Below, one piece after another: positions 43,590-54,074 of a stretch of DNA of 64,000 bases; positions within the stretch are counted from its first letter, which is position 1, and every line of letters starts with the position of its first letter. Made by a program: the position numbers and the translations under genes. The notes beneath the pieces are model-generated. The model made no database searches. It was not told the DNA's origin and was given only the letters and a program-made list of their open reading frames with translations. Origin of the DNA: a phage; sequence record NC_042307.1; one strand, 5' to 3'.

Positions 43590-46423
43590 TCCACAGACTG
43601 TTCTCCATCATCCCCTTCAGCTCTAATACGAAAATACAATTTTCTATTTATACCTAGAGCACCGCTGTTCTGGAGAGCAAAATCTGCCTTATTATATGTT
43701 AATAAATAGTCATAAGTATACTGATTTTCAATACGTACACTTCTTAACATCCTATTTTGCGAATCGTGTATTTCAAGGGTATAAAATATACTCTCTATTA
43801 TATCTTCTTCAGGTATTCTATCCCAGGCTAGTTTCACATCTGGGCCAACAAACTCAGTTACATCTCCAGAGGCAGTATTAGTTACTCTAAAATTAGATAC
43901 TACGCTTAGGTTTTTAGCAGAGTTAAGTTCTATAGATAATGTTACTGGAGAACTTCTTCTACCATTAATATCTACTGCCCTTATTTCAAATATTGCTAAA
44001 CCTGCAGGCTCTCCAATTATCTCTTGGATCATGCGTTCATTGGGATTTGTTTCTAGTTGCTGCACAATATAAGGTTCAGCATGACCGGAATGCACGATAG
44101 AGTAATAAACTACGTTATTAGTTAAGCTTGGAAGCCAAGATAACTCACCATTTTTTCCTATAGAACCTACTAAACCGCCAGGAGTAGGGGTATACTTAAA
44201 GTCTCTAGGAGGAAGGACATTGTTACTAATATCAGGAATATCATTACCGCTATTATCAACCTGCTCAGAGTTGATGAACACATCCTCTCCATACTCTTGT
44301 AGGGTAACATTTATCTTTCCTTCCCTAGAGTTTTCCACTTCGTCTACTAGGAAGTACTTCTTATCCCATCCGTAACGGTCGTATGTAAATGCAATAGCAT
44401 CATTAGGCTCAATACCGATGAATTGATATGGCAATGAGAAAGAAAGTGTTCTTGAGTATCTAGATTTCTTAAGTTCCCTATCAGCAAAACTTCTTGCAGT
44501 ATAATAATTAGTAATATTAGCAAAAGATAGTTGTAGTTTTTTATCCAGGTTCTTGTCTTGTTCCTTATACTTGGAGTTATAGAATGTAATGGCATTAGTT
44601 TTCCAACTAAGGGCAGGATCCACAATAGATGCTTGAACTGAGTTGAATTTATTTCTACCAGTAGTATCAGATAGCTCCAAATCACCGTAAGTATCTAGAA
44701 AATTAATCTCTAATGGAGTATTAGAGTATTTTTCTACAGTAACCCTATACTGGCCAGATAAATTGTTAATAGCCCCACCATAGGACTCTAACAAACCTTG
44801 CACATTTTTAAATACTGATTCAGATGTATCCAGAATAGTATTCATTTGTACTATTTGTCTATTTTCTGCTAGTGGATCAGTCCACCCAACGTATCTCCAA
44901 TATGGCTGCCAAGATACCTGATAGGATTCATCTATAATATCTAAAATAGCTGCTTCCTGTATTAGTTGCTGAAGGGGGAACTGATCAATGGTAATATTAG
45001 CGCCGTATCTATCAGAGGTTAAGTAATCAAGTGTTTGCCAAATACCATTTAAACTAGTACTATTAGCAGTTACTCTACCATCAGAATGATAGACTTTTAC
45101 TTTTTTACCTTGAATTTCAGCACTAACTTCAGGAATCTCAGTCCTATTTTCATTAATAGTGAAGCGCACCACTGCGTATGCAGTATCTAGTAGTTTATAC
45201 CTAGCATCCCAGTACTCCGGTCCATTGCCATTCATATTCTGGAGGTAGAACCCACGTTCTTTAGCTATATCTACTAGTACTTCAGAAGCCGTTTGATCAG
45301 ATTTTCCATGATACGTCCAAATTCTTATGTCCCCGTTACCATCATTATACTTATATTCCTGACCGTGCATGGAAGGGCTACTAGAGGGTGTCCCTGATGC
45401 TATTCTTTGCATGGTGTCCCCAGCCACTTTTTTAACACCAAAGCAGGTTCTGGAAGAACTATCATTATCATTCATACAAATCATAGGGTTATCGCCAAAG
45501 GAAAAATCAAGAAAACCGTCTATCTCCCCTTCAGCAAAAGCATATACTACATAAACTATATTAGGATTATGTAGTTCTGTATCCGCAAAAATAGGTATTC
45601 CTGGTATTTTCTGCACGCCATAAACTACTGGTATATATTTAGCAGCAAGATTAAAATCTATATCTACTTCCTTAGTAACAGTTTCATAGTACTTTTTAAG
45701 GCTGTAGCTTCTAGATAAGCCAAATAGTTTTTTCTTTGATTTTAGCTTATACCTTTCTTCCTGTACTTGGTACTTTGCTAGTATAGATATACTTTTATTA
45801 GCATGAAAGAACCCATAATCTTCTTGGTACTCAGGTCTTTTAGCCCCATTAGATGGAACTAATTGTCCTGCTACAACTTCAAGTCCCCTATGGGAAGCGT
45901 CATCAGTATATCTACCATTAACTCTATCAAAGTCATAGAATTGGTTAGAACAATTCCAGGTAATTGTAGAGGTTCCTACTCCAGAGGTACTAATGTTATC
46001 TTTAATACCACCACCAGTAATCCTCCCCCTAAAATATAGTAAAGGACCATTTGTATCTGGGTCTACTGGTAGAATAGAACCATCTTCAGTAATAATAGCT
46101 TGATGGATTGATACTGTCCTGTCTAAAAAGGATACACCATTTTGTACTAGTTTTAGTACTTCATCCTGTGCTGTACCAGTAATAGTAAAAGATAGACTAC
46201 CAATAGATAAATCTCTATTTTGTTTGTGTGAGCTAATAGACTTAACTTTACCTGCCTGGTATAGGATGCCATTATATAGTACATCCCTAAAATAATCAGT
46301 TAAATAAATAAAAGCAGTACTAGTACCAGTAGAGCCAGGTAACTCTAGGGAAATTAGACTAGCAGTTTTTATTCTGCTATTATTTTTTAAGTAGTTTCTA
46401 GCACTATCTAGTATTTTTTTCAT
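43574..46423 (-). CDS. baseplate hub protein (pb3-like)
   Basis: 949 aa; position and size. Confidence 0.5.
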   Translation of the reverse strand: MKKILDSARNYLKNNSRIKTASLISLELPGSTGTSTAFIYLTDYFRDVLYNGILYQAGKVKSISSHKQNRDLSIGSLSFTITGTAQDEVLKLVQNGVSFLDRTVSIHQAIITEDGSILPVDPDTNGPLLYFRGRITGGGIKDNISTSGVGTSTITWNCSNQFYDFDRVNGRYTDDASHRGLEVVAGQLVPSNGAKRPEYQEDYGFFHANKSISILAKYQVQEERYKLKSKKKLFGLSRSYSLKKYYETVTKEVDIDFNLAAKYIPVVYGVQKIPGIPIFADTELHNPNIVYVVYAFAEGEIDGFLDFSFGDNPMICMNDNDSSSRTCFGVKKVAGDTMQRIASGTPSSSPSMHGQEYKYNDGNGDIRIWTYHGKSDQTASEVLVDIAKERGFYLQNMNGNGPEYWDARYKLLDTAYAVVRFTINENRTEIPEVSAEIQGKKVKVYHSDGRVTANSTSLNGIWQTLDYLTSDRYGANITIDQFPLQQLIQEAAILDIIDESYQVSWQPYWRYVGWTDPLAENRQIVQMNTILDTSESVFKNVQGLLESYGGAINNLSGQYRVTVEKYSNTPLEINFLDTYGDLELSDTTGRNKFNSVQASIVDPALSWKTNAITFYNSKYKEQDKNLDKKLQLSFANITNYYTARSFADRELKKSRYSRTLSFSLPYQFIGIEPNDAIAFTYDRYGWDKKYFLVDEVENSREGKINVTLQEYGEDVFINSEQVDNSGNDIPDISNNVLPPRDFKYTPTPGGLVGSIGKNGELSWLPSLTNNVVYYSIVHSGHAEPYIVQQLETNPNERMIQEIIGEPAGLAIFEIRAVDINGRRSSPVTLSIELNSAKNLSVVSNFRVTNTASGDVTEFVGPDVKLAWDRIPEEDIIESIFYTLEIHDSQNRMLRSVRIENQYTYDYLLTYNKADFALQNSGALGINRKLYFRIRAEGDDGEQSVEWASI

Positions 46424-47034
46424 AAACTTTCCCGTAAATTTAATGAGATGCCGGAATATGTTCCGTTATTATTTAATGTAGATCCGAAAGCATCACCATT
46501 CATGAGTTTTGTTCTAAATAGTATCCCATTAAATACTGGTTTTTCAGCTCCAGTAGTAGTTACAAATAAATCAGGGTATAAATTTATAGACCATATATTG
46601 CCTGATTTGTTAAATGATGTTATTTTATATACTTTTGGGTGGTTAGACAGCTTAAATAGATCCCCCGGTTTTGGAGTACCCGTTAGGAGCCCTTTTGTAT
46701 CCATAGTAATATTGGAACCTTTTTGTCCTGCTGGTATATTTACTGAGTTAGTATTACCCCTAACCCTAAAAGCCTCATACTGAGGTAATATAACATCAAT
46801 GTAGCCTCCTGTCCTCTTATACTCTAGAATAAAGGAATCTAGAACACTATATTCATCTGGAAACAATTCTGGGTAAGAAATGTTTATACCCCAGTACTGA
46901 GCAGATACCTTAACTTCGTTAACTTTACCATTAGGTAACTCATCACGAATTACTGGGTCATTATCAATCAGGTTAACACTTTCGAATCCTAATCCTGAAA
47001 GTTCTGGATTCGTGTATGGGTCTGGTAATCTCAT
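46420..47034 (-). CDS. distal tail protein (Dit, pb9-like)
   Basis: 204 aa; immediately downstream of tape measure gene; GAGGAG upstream. Confidence 0.5.
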   Translation of the reverse strand: MRLPDPYTNPELSGLGFESVNLIDNDPVIRDELPNGKVNEVKVSAQYWGINISYPELFPDEYSVLDSFILEYKRTGGYIDVILPQYEAFRVRGNTNSVNIPAGQKGSNITMDTKGLLTGTPKPGDLFKLSNHPKVYKITSFNKSGNIWSINLYPDLFVTTTGAEKPVFNGILFRTKLMNGDAFGSTLNNNGTYSGISLNLRESL

Positions 47035-47061
47035 AGTTAATTTCTCCTCTTAGATACAATT

Positions 47062-47090
47062 ATTATAATAGTATTAGAAAATTTTATCAA
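47062..47090 (-). promoter_or_regulatory. sigma70-like promoter on minus strand (TTGATA -35 at 47085-47090, 17-nt spacer, TATAAT -10 at 47062-47067) upstream of dit
   Basis: read from reverse complement. Confidence 0.45.
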
Positions 47091-47116
47091 GAAATTTTTA
47101 TTTTTCCATAAAGAAA

Positions 47117-47137
47117 AGGAGGACTCAAAGTCCTCCT
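47117..47137 (-). terminator. terminator hairpin just downstream of the tape measure gene
   Basis: AGGAGGAC-TCAAA-GTCCTCCT; U-rich tract follows on minus strand. Confidence 0.6.
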
Positions 47138-47143
47138 CCAGTT

Positions 47144-50100
47144 TTAAGAATTTCCTAGTGTTTTTAGGCTAGCACCATTCTCATTCAGAGCTAATTCTAC
47201 TGCATCCCTCAGAGCACCGCTATTACTAGAGGCGAACTCTCTAAAACTAGCGGCATCCATAGCACTAATATTCAGGATGATAGGTCTTCCTGAGGTTGAA
47301 TTAGAGGAATTTTTTAACTCATCATTAGGCGTAGCTTTCATAGGAATCATAGGTGTAATTACTTCTGTACCATGTTCTCCCATCTGGTAGCTAACCCCTG
47401 GGTACATATTACCACCTTCGGCACGCGGCACAAATGAATTAGCATTACCAATACCTTGATCACCACGTACATAAGATAGTTCTCCAGCATTAGCAGACAT
47501 AGATACATCAATGTTCTTCTGACGCTCTCCAAGAGTTAAATAACTAGTAGTATCCGCTCCAGAATCTGCAATACTTGACATACTAGAGGCAGAGGATGCC
47601 TGCGCTAATGCCAGAGCACCTGCTAATCCTGCCGCTACCATCAGAGGGATAGAGAACGGGTATGGTACAGCTGTTGCTGCCTGCATAACTGCTACTGCAG
47701 TTTGGATGATAATCTGCTTCTTAGCTGCATCTTGTTGAATCTTCAGCTTTTCAGCTTCTAGCTTCTTCAATTTAGCTTTAGATGCTTCTGATTTACCATC
47801 ACGTTTCTGCTCCGCTGCGATAGCTGCATCAATAGCACTAACCTGTTGACTAGTACTATACTGAATCATAGAAGATACAGTTTGCATGCCAGAAGCAATC
47901 AAGGAGGTAGTATCTAGGGATCCCTGAGAGAACTGAATCATAGCGTTAGTTAAGTTACCCATACTTTGAGCCACAGCGGTTGCTTCAGAATTTAATTCAG
48001 ATAGCTTAGAGATTGCCTGATCATAAGAAGCCATTCTATTTTGCATATCTGCAAAATCTTTGTCTTCCCCAGATAGTCCAGTTGTAGGAGTGTACACAGC
48101 ACCCACAGAAGATCCTACCTGTTGCTGCATTTGGCCTTCTCTTTGCTTTCTAAGTTGCTCTAGAGCAGCAGCAGTTTTATAGATCTCATTACGATACTTG
48201 ATCTCTTCTTCGGTATTGCCCTTAGATAGTTCTAGCTGTTCTTGCAAAACAGATAATCTTTCCGTAAGAATCTGAGCTTGGCCAGTAACATTTCTTTGTG
48301 TTTGGCTGACTTCTAGTGCATCCATGAGAGCTGATACATGTGAGGCAGTTGCCTGCTTCTCCGCCTCCCATAACTCCCGGCTTATTTGTGCTTGCGCACG
48401 TCTAGACTGTTCCGCCTCTTTCTGTTTGTCCGCTTGTTTTGTATACCATTCGTACTTCTCTTTCTCTACAGTTAGTTCTAGTTTTAGCTGAGCTAATCTA
48501 TATTGAGTAGTAGTCATAGTACGGTCATTCAGAAGAGCTATCTCACGATCTACACCAAGAATTTTATCTGTGTAATCCTTGACCTTCTTCTGGGCTTCCA
48601 TACCCTGATTGGTAAGTTTAAGTTTCTCCAGCTGAATTTTTTCAATTTCTTTCTCAACAGCTTTATTTCCCTGGTTTGTTTGAAGAACACGGCGTAAAGC
48701 AGCTTCTTGCTCTTCTAACTGTTGCAACTCTAAACGTCTACCAGCTTCCTGAGCCTTTTCCTTATCCTTAGTTTGATTATACACATCTGCTATCTTCTGA
48801 TGAACAGCCAACTGATTCTTAGTCTCATTACCAGTTAGCTTAACGTATTCAGACAAGGCTTGAGAAGCAGTTTTCATCTCAGATAGTGTGTTATAACCTA
48901 GGTTAAGGTTTTTAACATACTCATCTGCGCTTTTACCGGTACCTTGAGATAGAGATTCTATGTTTTTTATAGCATCTGCTAAAGTAGCACTAGTTTTAGC
49001 TGCAGTATCTGTATTCTGAGCAACGTTTTGTATATCATTAGCTAAGTCACTAGCAGTTTTCTTAGTTTGATTATATGCTTTCTGTTGTTCAGTTAGTCCT
49101 TTTAATACTGTGGAGTTAAAGTCATATACAGCACCAGGATCAGTAGTATCCCTCTGTAGATTAATCTGTTTTTGGAATTCTGGATTAGCTTTTGCAGCAG
49201 CAGCACCCGCAGCTTGATAGGCTGACTTCCAAGCATTAAGGTTTTCAGTAGAATCTTCTACCTCCTTACCTAGTCTGGTTACTTGTAGACCCATAGCCGC
49301 AGTTTCTTCTACGAATTTTTTATTAGCTTCGGAAGCACCGGCAGCAGCAAGACCAACAGGAATACCTTCACCAACTTGACGTATGGCTAATCTTGTATAG
49401 AAATCCGCTTGCTCCATTCGTTTATCGAATTCGGATTTTAGCTTATTACGCTTATCAAGAGATTCCTTATACATATCTAGAGCTTTATTATAGCCTTCTT
49501 CAGAAGCGGCCAAACTTAAAGCAACAGCACCAACGTTGGTAGGATCTATCTGTCTATTAGTTTTTTCTTGAGCTCTAGCTGCTTCAGCAGATACAGAAGC
49601 CTGAGAAGTATAAAATACTGTGTTGATAGCATCAATTACTGGCCCTAAGTACTTAGCAGCAGCCTGCTGAATCTTTCTCAGTGCGGCATCAGCATTAGCG
49701 GCAAACTGCTCCCACGGGGTAGCACGTAAAACTTCATCTAAGTAACCAAAACGTTTAGTAGACTCTGCTATAACAGCATTAGCATACGCTTGCTGTTTCT
49801 GGAAGGTAGTAAGGCTATTAATATTATATGTTATACCTGTGTTTGCAGCATTTAACTGTTTAACGTAATCAGCATAAGCATCGTTAAGACGAATAGTAAC
49901 ACCAAGCTCATCCAGAAGTTCGATTTCCTGTTTAGATACACCCTTAATTACACGGTTAAGTGCATCAGTCATATCAACGCCAAGAACAGCAGCAGCACGA
50001 CGAGCTACTAGACCAAATTTATTAAGTTGTTCAGCATCAAAACCGTATGCAGAAGCAGAGGATGCTTGTCTCATAGCTTCTTCAAAGGAAATAGCGTACC

Positions 50101-50824
50101 CGGCTGCTTCTTGTAGGGATCTAGCAAGGGACTGAACAGGAGTACCTGTCTGAGTACCCACTATAACACCAAATTTTTCTAGACGATTTAGCTGATCACC
50201 TAGTTTAAGTTGTTCGAATGCAGATTGCAAAACGAAGATGTTGGAAGCAAGAGCTGCATACATAATAGGTAAACTACCACCGATCTTAGCCATTGCTGCA
50301 AAGTCACGGGTAGCCCCACGTGCCGAACCAGAAGTATTACCAATAGCTCTAGAAGCTCTACCAGCAGCACCAGTAGTATCATTAAAGCCTTTAGCCGTAC
50401 CTCCTAAAGCCCTATTAGTGTCGTATAACCTATCTTGAACTTTCTCTGTTGCAGCTGCAACATCATTGCCCATTGTTTTAACAGATCTAGAAACTCCATC
50501 GAATCCAACTTCTAGCTTATCAGCTACCTCGATCATTGTAATAGCAAGGTCGTCCAGCTTAGCTCCTATATCATTAATAGATTTAGTAACACTAAGCATA
50601 CCCCTACTAGCCTGCATTTTAGTAAGACTTTTTGCTGCTCTATCTGCTGCCCTCTCAATGGAGTATAGAGTTTTGGGCATTTTACCTAACTGTTCATTCG
50701 TTAGCTCAGAAGCCGCAGCAGCATTCTCTAATGCATCAGATACGTTTTCAATAGACTTTGCAGTACGAGTTGCCCCCTTCTGTTTAACGTCTATTAGTAA
50801 TTCTCGTATTAGCTTATCAGTCAT
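47144..50824 (-). CDS. tail tape measure protein (pb2-like)
   Basis: 1226 aa; long alpha-helical/coiled-coil character; position. Confidence 0.75.
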   Translation of the reverse strand: MTDKLIRELLIDVKQKGATRTAKSIENVSDALENAAAASELTNEQLGKMPKTLYSIERAADRAAKSLTKMQASRGMLSVTKSINDIGAKLDDLAITMIEVADKLEVGFDGVSRSVKTMGNDVAAATEKVQDRLYDTNRALGGTAKGFNDTTGAAGRASRAIGNTSGSARGATRDFAAMAKIGGSLPIMYAALASNIFVLQSAFEQLKLGDQLNRLEKFGVIVGTQTGTPVQSLARSLQEAAGYAISFEEAMRQASSASAYGFDAEQLNKFGLVARRAAAVLGVDMTDALNRVIKGVSKQEIELLDELGVTIRLNDAYADYVKQLNAANTGITYNINSLTTFQKQQAYANAVIAESTKRFGYLDEVLRATPWEQFAANADAALRKIQQAAAKYLGPVIDAINTVFYTSQASVSAEAARAQEKTNRQIDPTNVGAVALSLAASEEGYNKALDMYKESLDKRNKLKSEFDKRMEQADFYTRLAIRQVGEGIPVGLAAAGASEANKKFVEETAAMGLQVTRLGKEVEDSTENLNAWKSAYQAAGAAAAKANPEFQKQINLQRDTTDPGAVYDFNSTVLKGLTEQQKAYNQTKKTASDLANDIQNVAQNTDTAAKTSATLADAIKNIESLSQGTGKSADEYVKNLNLGYNTLSEMKTASQALSEYVKLTGNETKNQLAVHQKIADVYNQTKDKEKAQEAGRRLELQQLEEQEAALRRVLQTNQGNKAVEKEIEKIQLEKLKLTNQGMEAQKKVKDYTDKILGVDREIALLNDRTMTTTQYRLAQLKLELTVEKEKYEWYTKQADKQKEAEQSRRAQAQISRELWEAEKQATASHVSALMDALEVSQTQRNVTGQAQILTERLSVLQEQLELSKGNTEEEIKYRNEIYKTAAALEQLRKQREGQMQQQVGSSVGAVYTPTTGLSGEDKDFADMQNRMASYDQAISKLSELNSEATAVAQSMGNLTNAMIQFSQGSLDTTSLIASGMQTVSSMIQYSTSQQVSAIDAAIAAEQKRDGKSEASKAKLKKLEAEKLKIQQDAAKKQIIIQTAVAVMQAATAVPYPFSIPLMVAAGLAGALALAQASSASSMSSIADSGADTTSYLTLGERQKNIDVSMSANAGELSYVRGDQGIGNANSFVPRAEGGNMYPGVSYQMGEHGTEVITPMIPMKATPNDELKNSSNSTSGRPIILNISAMDAASFREFASSNSGALRDAVELALNENGASLKTLGNS

Positions 50825-50846
50825 ATTTTATTTTTCCCAATAAAAA

Positions 50847-50871
50847 GGCTCTGGGCATATCACCCAGAGCC
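50847..50871 (-). terminator. hairpin upstream of tape measure start, followed on minus strand by UUUUUAUUGGGAAAAAUAAAAU-AUG
   Basis: 9-bp stem GGCTCTGGG/CCCAGAGCC. Confidence 0.55.
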
Positions 50872-50907
50872 AAGCCTCATCGTGGAACGCCCCATTGGAG
50901 GAAACTT

Positions 50908-51363
50908 TTACCGTGCACGAGATCTAGCATGTGGCTTAACGTTAGGTATTCTACCGTTTTGCGGCTTATGCTTCTCAGCACGTTTACGTGCAGCGTCTAC
51001 AGCTTTAGCATCAAATATATTGATGATGTGTAGAACAAATTCTTTTTCTATAGGATCGGTAATCCCATAAATATCGAATAAAACACCTAGGGCAGCCTTG
51101 TCTTTACCTATAAAGATAGGGAAGTCACCAGGTATGAAACAGTCAACTAGACTATTATAAATATTCATACTAATAGCTACAATAGGTGGAAAATCTTCAA
51201 GTTCAACAGGCATAGCCTTAGGATCAGGTTCTATACCCATTGACTCACAAAGTATTAAATATTGTTGTTTAGTCATTTTAGATGCTGAGCTTTTAATACA
51301 CTTATCTGCAAAATCAGCAACAGCATCTAGTAGTTCTTTACGCTTTTGAGCTACGAAAAGTGT
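50908..51363 (-). CDS. tail assembly chaperone, T-frame ORF; frame open upstream of its ATG (51276) back to 51363 and no SD, probably a frameshift extension of 51338..51757
   Basis: frame verified codon by codon; overlaps upstream gene by 24 nt. Confidence 0.45.
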   Translation of the reverse strand, partial: TLFVAQKRKELLDAVADFADKCIKSSASKMTKQQYLILCESMGIEPDPKAMPVELEDFPPIVAISMNIYNSLVDCFIPGDFPIFIGKDKAALGVLFDIYGITDPIEKEFVLHIINIFDAKAVDAARKRAEKHKPQNGRIPNVKPHARSRAR

Positions 51364-51757
51364 CTAAGTGGAACACTGTCTGGTTGATCCAAGAATCAAA
51401 CGCAGCAGAGTTCTGCATAAGCATTACAGCATTATCACGACTAAATGAAACTTCAGTAGCAGGATCAGCATCTGTTTCAATCAGCATCAGTTTTTCAACA
51501 TCGCCTACAGTCAAACCAGTCCAACCTTTAATCGCAGCATCAACGAAAGCCTCAATAAACTTATCGTCATCCTGTACTTGAATTAGAGTACCATTAACCC
51601 ATTCATCGCGTTTGGCAGAAGAGACAACACGCTTAGAAGTAGCACGAGACATGTAGTTAAGCTCTAGCTTAAAGTTTGGCATACCTGGGTATGAAAGAGT
51701 AATAGTACGGGTATCAAGAGTAATATCTTTTAAGTTAATCATTTTTAATTTCTCCAA
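51338..51757 (-). CDS. tail assembly chaperone (G-like)
   Basis: 139 aa; position upstream of tape measure. Confidence 0.45.
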   Translation of the reverse strand: MEKLKMINLKDITLDTRTITLSYPGMPNFKLELNYMSRATSKRVVSSAKRDEWVNGTLIQVQDDDKFIEAFVDAAIKGWTGLTVGDVEKLMLIETDADPATEVSFSRDNAVMLMQNSAAFDSWINQTVFHLDTFRSSKA

Positions 51758-52637
51758 AGAAATCTATTCTCACAGGGTCTGAAGAAGCAGTAGGTATAAT
51801 ATCCCACTCAACTTTATACACATCTGAGAAATTTAGGCGTTTTGTAATACGTGCTAAAGGAAAATCTATAGAAATATTATTATTTCTTATATTTAAAGGT
51901 ACATCGGTTTCTGGTTCAATATTGTAAACCATATCTCCAGCAAAACGTTTTAAGTAATATAGAGAAATGGTTGCTGAAGCATTCATTTCATTTACATAGG
52001 CTCTTTTATTATTATAGACTTTATTTATATCAAAAACACTCTTATCTTCTCTCCAAGAGCATTGCTGTTGAAAAGATAAAGAAGCGGAAATAAGACCAGG
52101 TAAGATGCTACCGTTAGTAGAAACTATTACCGGGCTATAAGACATTGCTTCACCCTGTATAATAGAAGCTGCTTCTCTATATGTAGATACTTCGGAGAAT
52201 TTCCCTGATTCGATACCAACGTTAAGAATTGGTATATTCTTATCCAAAGAAAAATCTACAGTAGATACATAGCAGTTCTCAAAATATACACAGTTATTAT
52301 CTTTATTTACTATATAGATATTAAACATAATAGGTTCAATATTGTTACTATATAGTGGTAGTAAGAAAGTATTACCTTTTCTATCAAAACCTAGCCATTC
52401 AAAAAAGTTAGCTTCAGTAAGTGTATTACTAAAATTTATTGCTAATGATATGGAAGAAGGAGTTTGAGCATTTATAATAGAGTCTGCATAGTTAGTTCTA
52501 CGATGAATAGTCCTACGAAGAGTCTTAAATTCTTCGTAGGAGGTTTGTACATCATAGTTTGTTAGGGCATCAAAATGAAATGCCCTACCATCATACTCAA
52601 CTAAAACTTTTGACTCTCGCATTAGAGAGTAGTACAT
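51735..52637 (-). CDS. putative tail protein (300 aa)
   Basis: ORF track; position in tail module. Confidence 0.4.
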   Translation of the reverse strand: MYYSLMRESKVLVEYDGRAFHFDALTNYDVQTSYEEFKTLRRTIHRRTNYADSIINAQTPSSISLAINFSNTLTEANFFEWLGFDRKGNTFLLPLYSNNIEPIMFNIYIVNKDNNCVYFENCYVSTVDFSLDKNIPILNVGIESGKFSEVSTYREAASIIQGEAMSYSPVIVSTNGSILPGLISASLSFQQQCSWREDKSVFDINKVYNNKRAYVNEMNASATISLYYLKRFAGDMVYNIEPETDVPLNIRNNNISIDFPLARITKRLNFSDVYKVEWDIIPTASSDPVRIDFFGEIKND

Positions 52638-52641
52638 TTAT

Positions 52642-54048
52642 TTAACCACCAGCACTAACTGTGATAGTTTTAGTACCTTCTACACCAGAACCGTCTTTAG
52701 CTACAGCCTTCACAGTAACTTCACCAGTTCTAGAAGCATCGGCTGTTAATAGTCCAGATTCGGCATCAATCGTAGCGGCGTCACCACTAGAGATAGACCA
52801 AGTCACAGCCTTATTAGTAGCTTCTGGAGGTGTTACCTCAACAGACATCTGTAAAGTATTACTATTTGTTACAGAAGTAGCATCAGCAGCAGATTTAACT
52901 GTGATTGATTCGACTAGTTTTGGTGGAGTTTTAGCACCATCCCCCGTAGCAATCAGATTAGCCACAGTAGTTTTTGTATACTTGTTAGAAAATCCAAGAT
53001 AACCTTCGTCACCAGTATCCAAATCTGTAGGAATAGCCTTAAACTCTACTGAAGTACCAAGTACATCATCAGTCTCAATAGTAGGAATGTTAACGTGTGC
53101 CTGTTTAGCAACTAACACAGCTGCCGGACGTTCATCATCATATTCACCACCGAGGATAAGTGCGATTTCAAAACGGTTAACTACCTTAAGGGTTTTAATT
53201 AGATCTTTATATAATTCCATAGATCCTAGAGCTTTATCGTTAAGGTATGCCGTTAGAGAACCCGTTAACTCAAATGCACCTGTAAATGAGCCAATTGAAA
53301 TATTTACACGTGACATAATATCCGGGGTTAGGTACGTGATGTTGTTATTAATGGTAAAAGTACCACCAGTAATAGGAATATCATATGCCTTATCAGAATC
53401 CATATCCTTAATTTTCAGGATAGTTAACTTGTTCTTAATGTAAGAACTCTGAATAGTCATATAGGTTTCATCATCAATACCTAATGCATCCGGATCAAAT
53501 GGTTGCGCATCCAGAGGAATAAGCTGATTACCATTACCAGACCAAGTTACACGACCAATATCCTCAATATCAACGTTAACTTCTGCCTGATTAATCTGAC
53601 AGGAATCGATATAACTCCATGCTTTATCAGTCAGAATATAAATATGTAACATTGCTAACTCATGATAAGAGTTATCTTTAAAGTTAACCATGAAGTTAGC
53701 TTCATTATTATGCGCACCTGTGTCTCCCTCAAGGTTTAATGCTTTACCACTAGAAAGAGCGTGCCATAACATATAGTCAGGAACAATCTGTTTGTTAGTA
53801 GTTTTATCTTTATATGGCAGGATATAAGTAGAGAAACTCCACTCAGCCGCGTTTAAAGAGTCATTAAAACGTTTAGAACCACGAGTTGGACGCGGACCAG
53901 CTTCATTAACAGTAATATCTGTTGAGTTACTGTCCTGACCCCAAGAAATATCATCCTGAACTAGAATCTCTTGCGTGTTGGTCTTATCATGACCAGTCTT
54001 AACCGTAGACACGAAGATTCGAGTATTACGTAATAGTTGTAAAGACAT
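52642..54048 (-). CDS. tail tube protein (pb6-like) with C-terminal Ig-like domain
   Basis: 468 aa; C-terminal ..VTWSISSGDAATID..GEVTVKAVAKDGSGVEGTKTITVSAGG is Ig-like. Confidence 0.6.
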   Translation of the reverse strand: MSLQLLRNTRIFVSTVKTGHDKTNTQEILVQDDISWGQDSNSTDITVNEAGPRPTRGSKRFNDSLNAAEWSFSTYILPYKDKTTNKQIVPDYMLWHALSSGKALNLEGDTGAHNNEANFMVNFKDNSYHELAMLHIYILTDKAWSYIDSCQINQAEVNVDIEDIGRVTWSGNGNQLIPLDAQPFDPDALGIDDETYMTIQSSYIKNKLTILKIKDMDSDKAYDIPITGGTFTINNNITYLTPDIMSRVNISIGSFTGAFELTGSLTAYLNDKALGSMELYKDLIKTLKVVNRFEIALILGGEYDDERPAAVLVAKQAHVNIPTIETDDVLGTSVEFKAIPTDLDTGDEGYLGFSNKYTKTTVANLIATGDGAKTPPKLVESITVKSAADATSVTNSNTLQMSVEVTPPEATNKAVTWSISSGDAATIDAESGLLTADASRTGEVTVKAVAKDGSGVEGTKTITVSAGG

Positions 54049-54074
54049 TTAATTATTTTCTCCTAATCTGTAAC

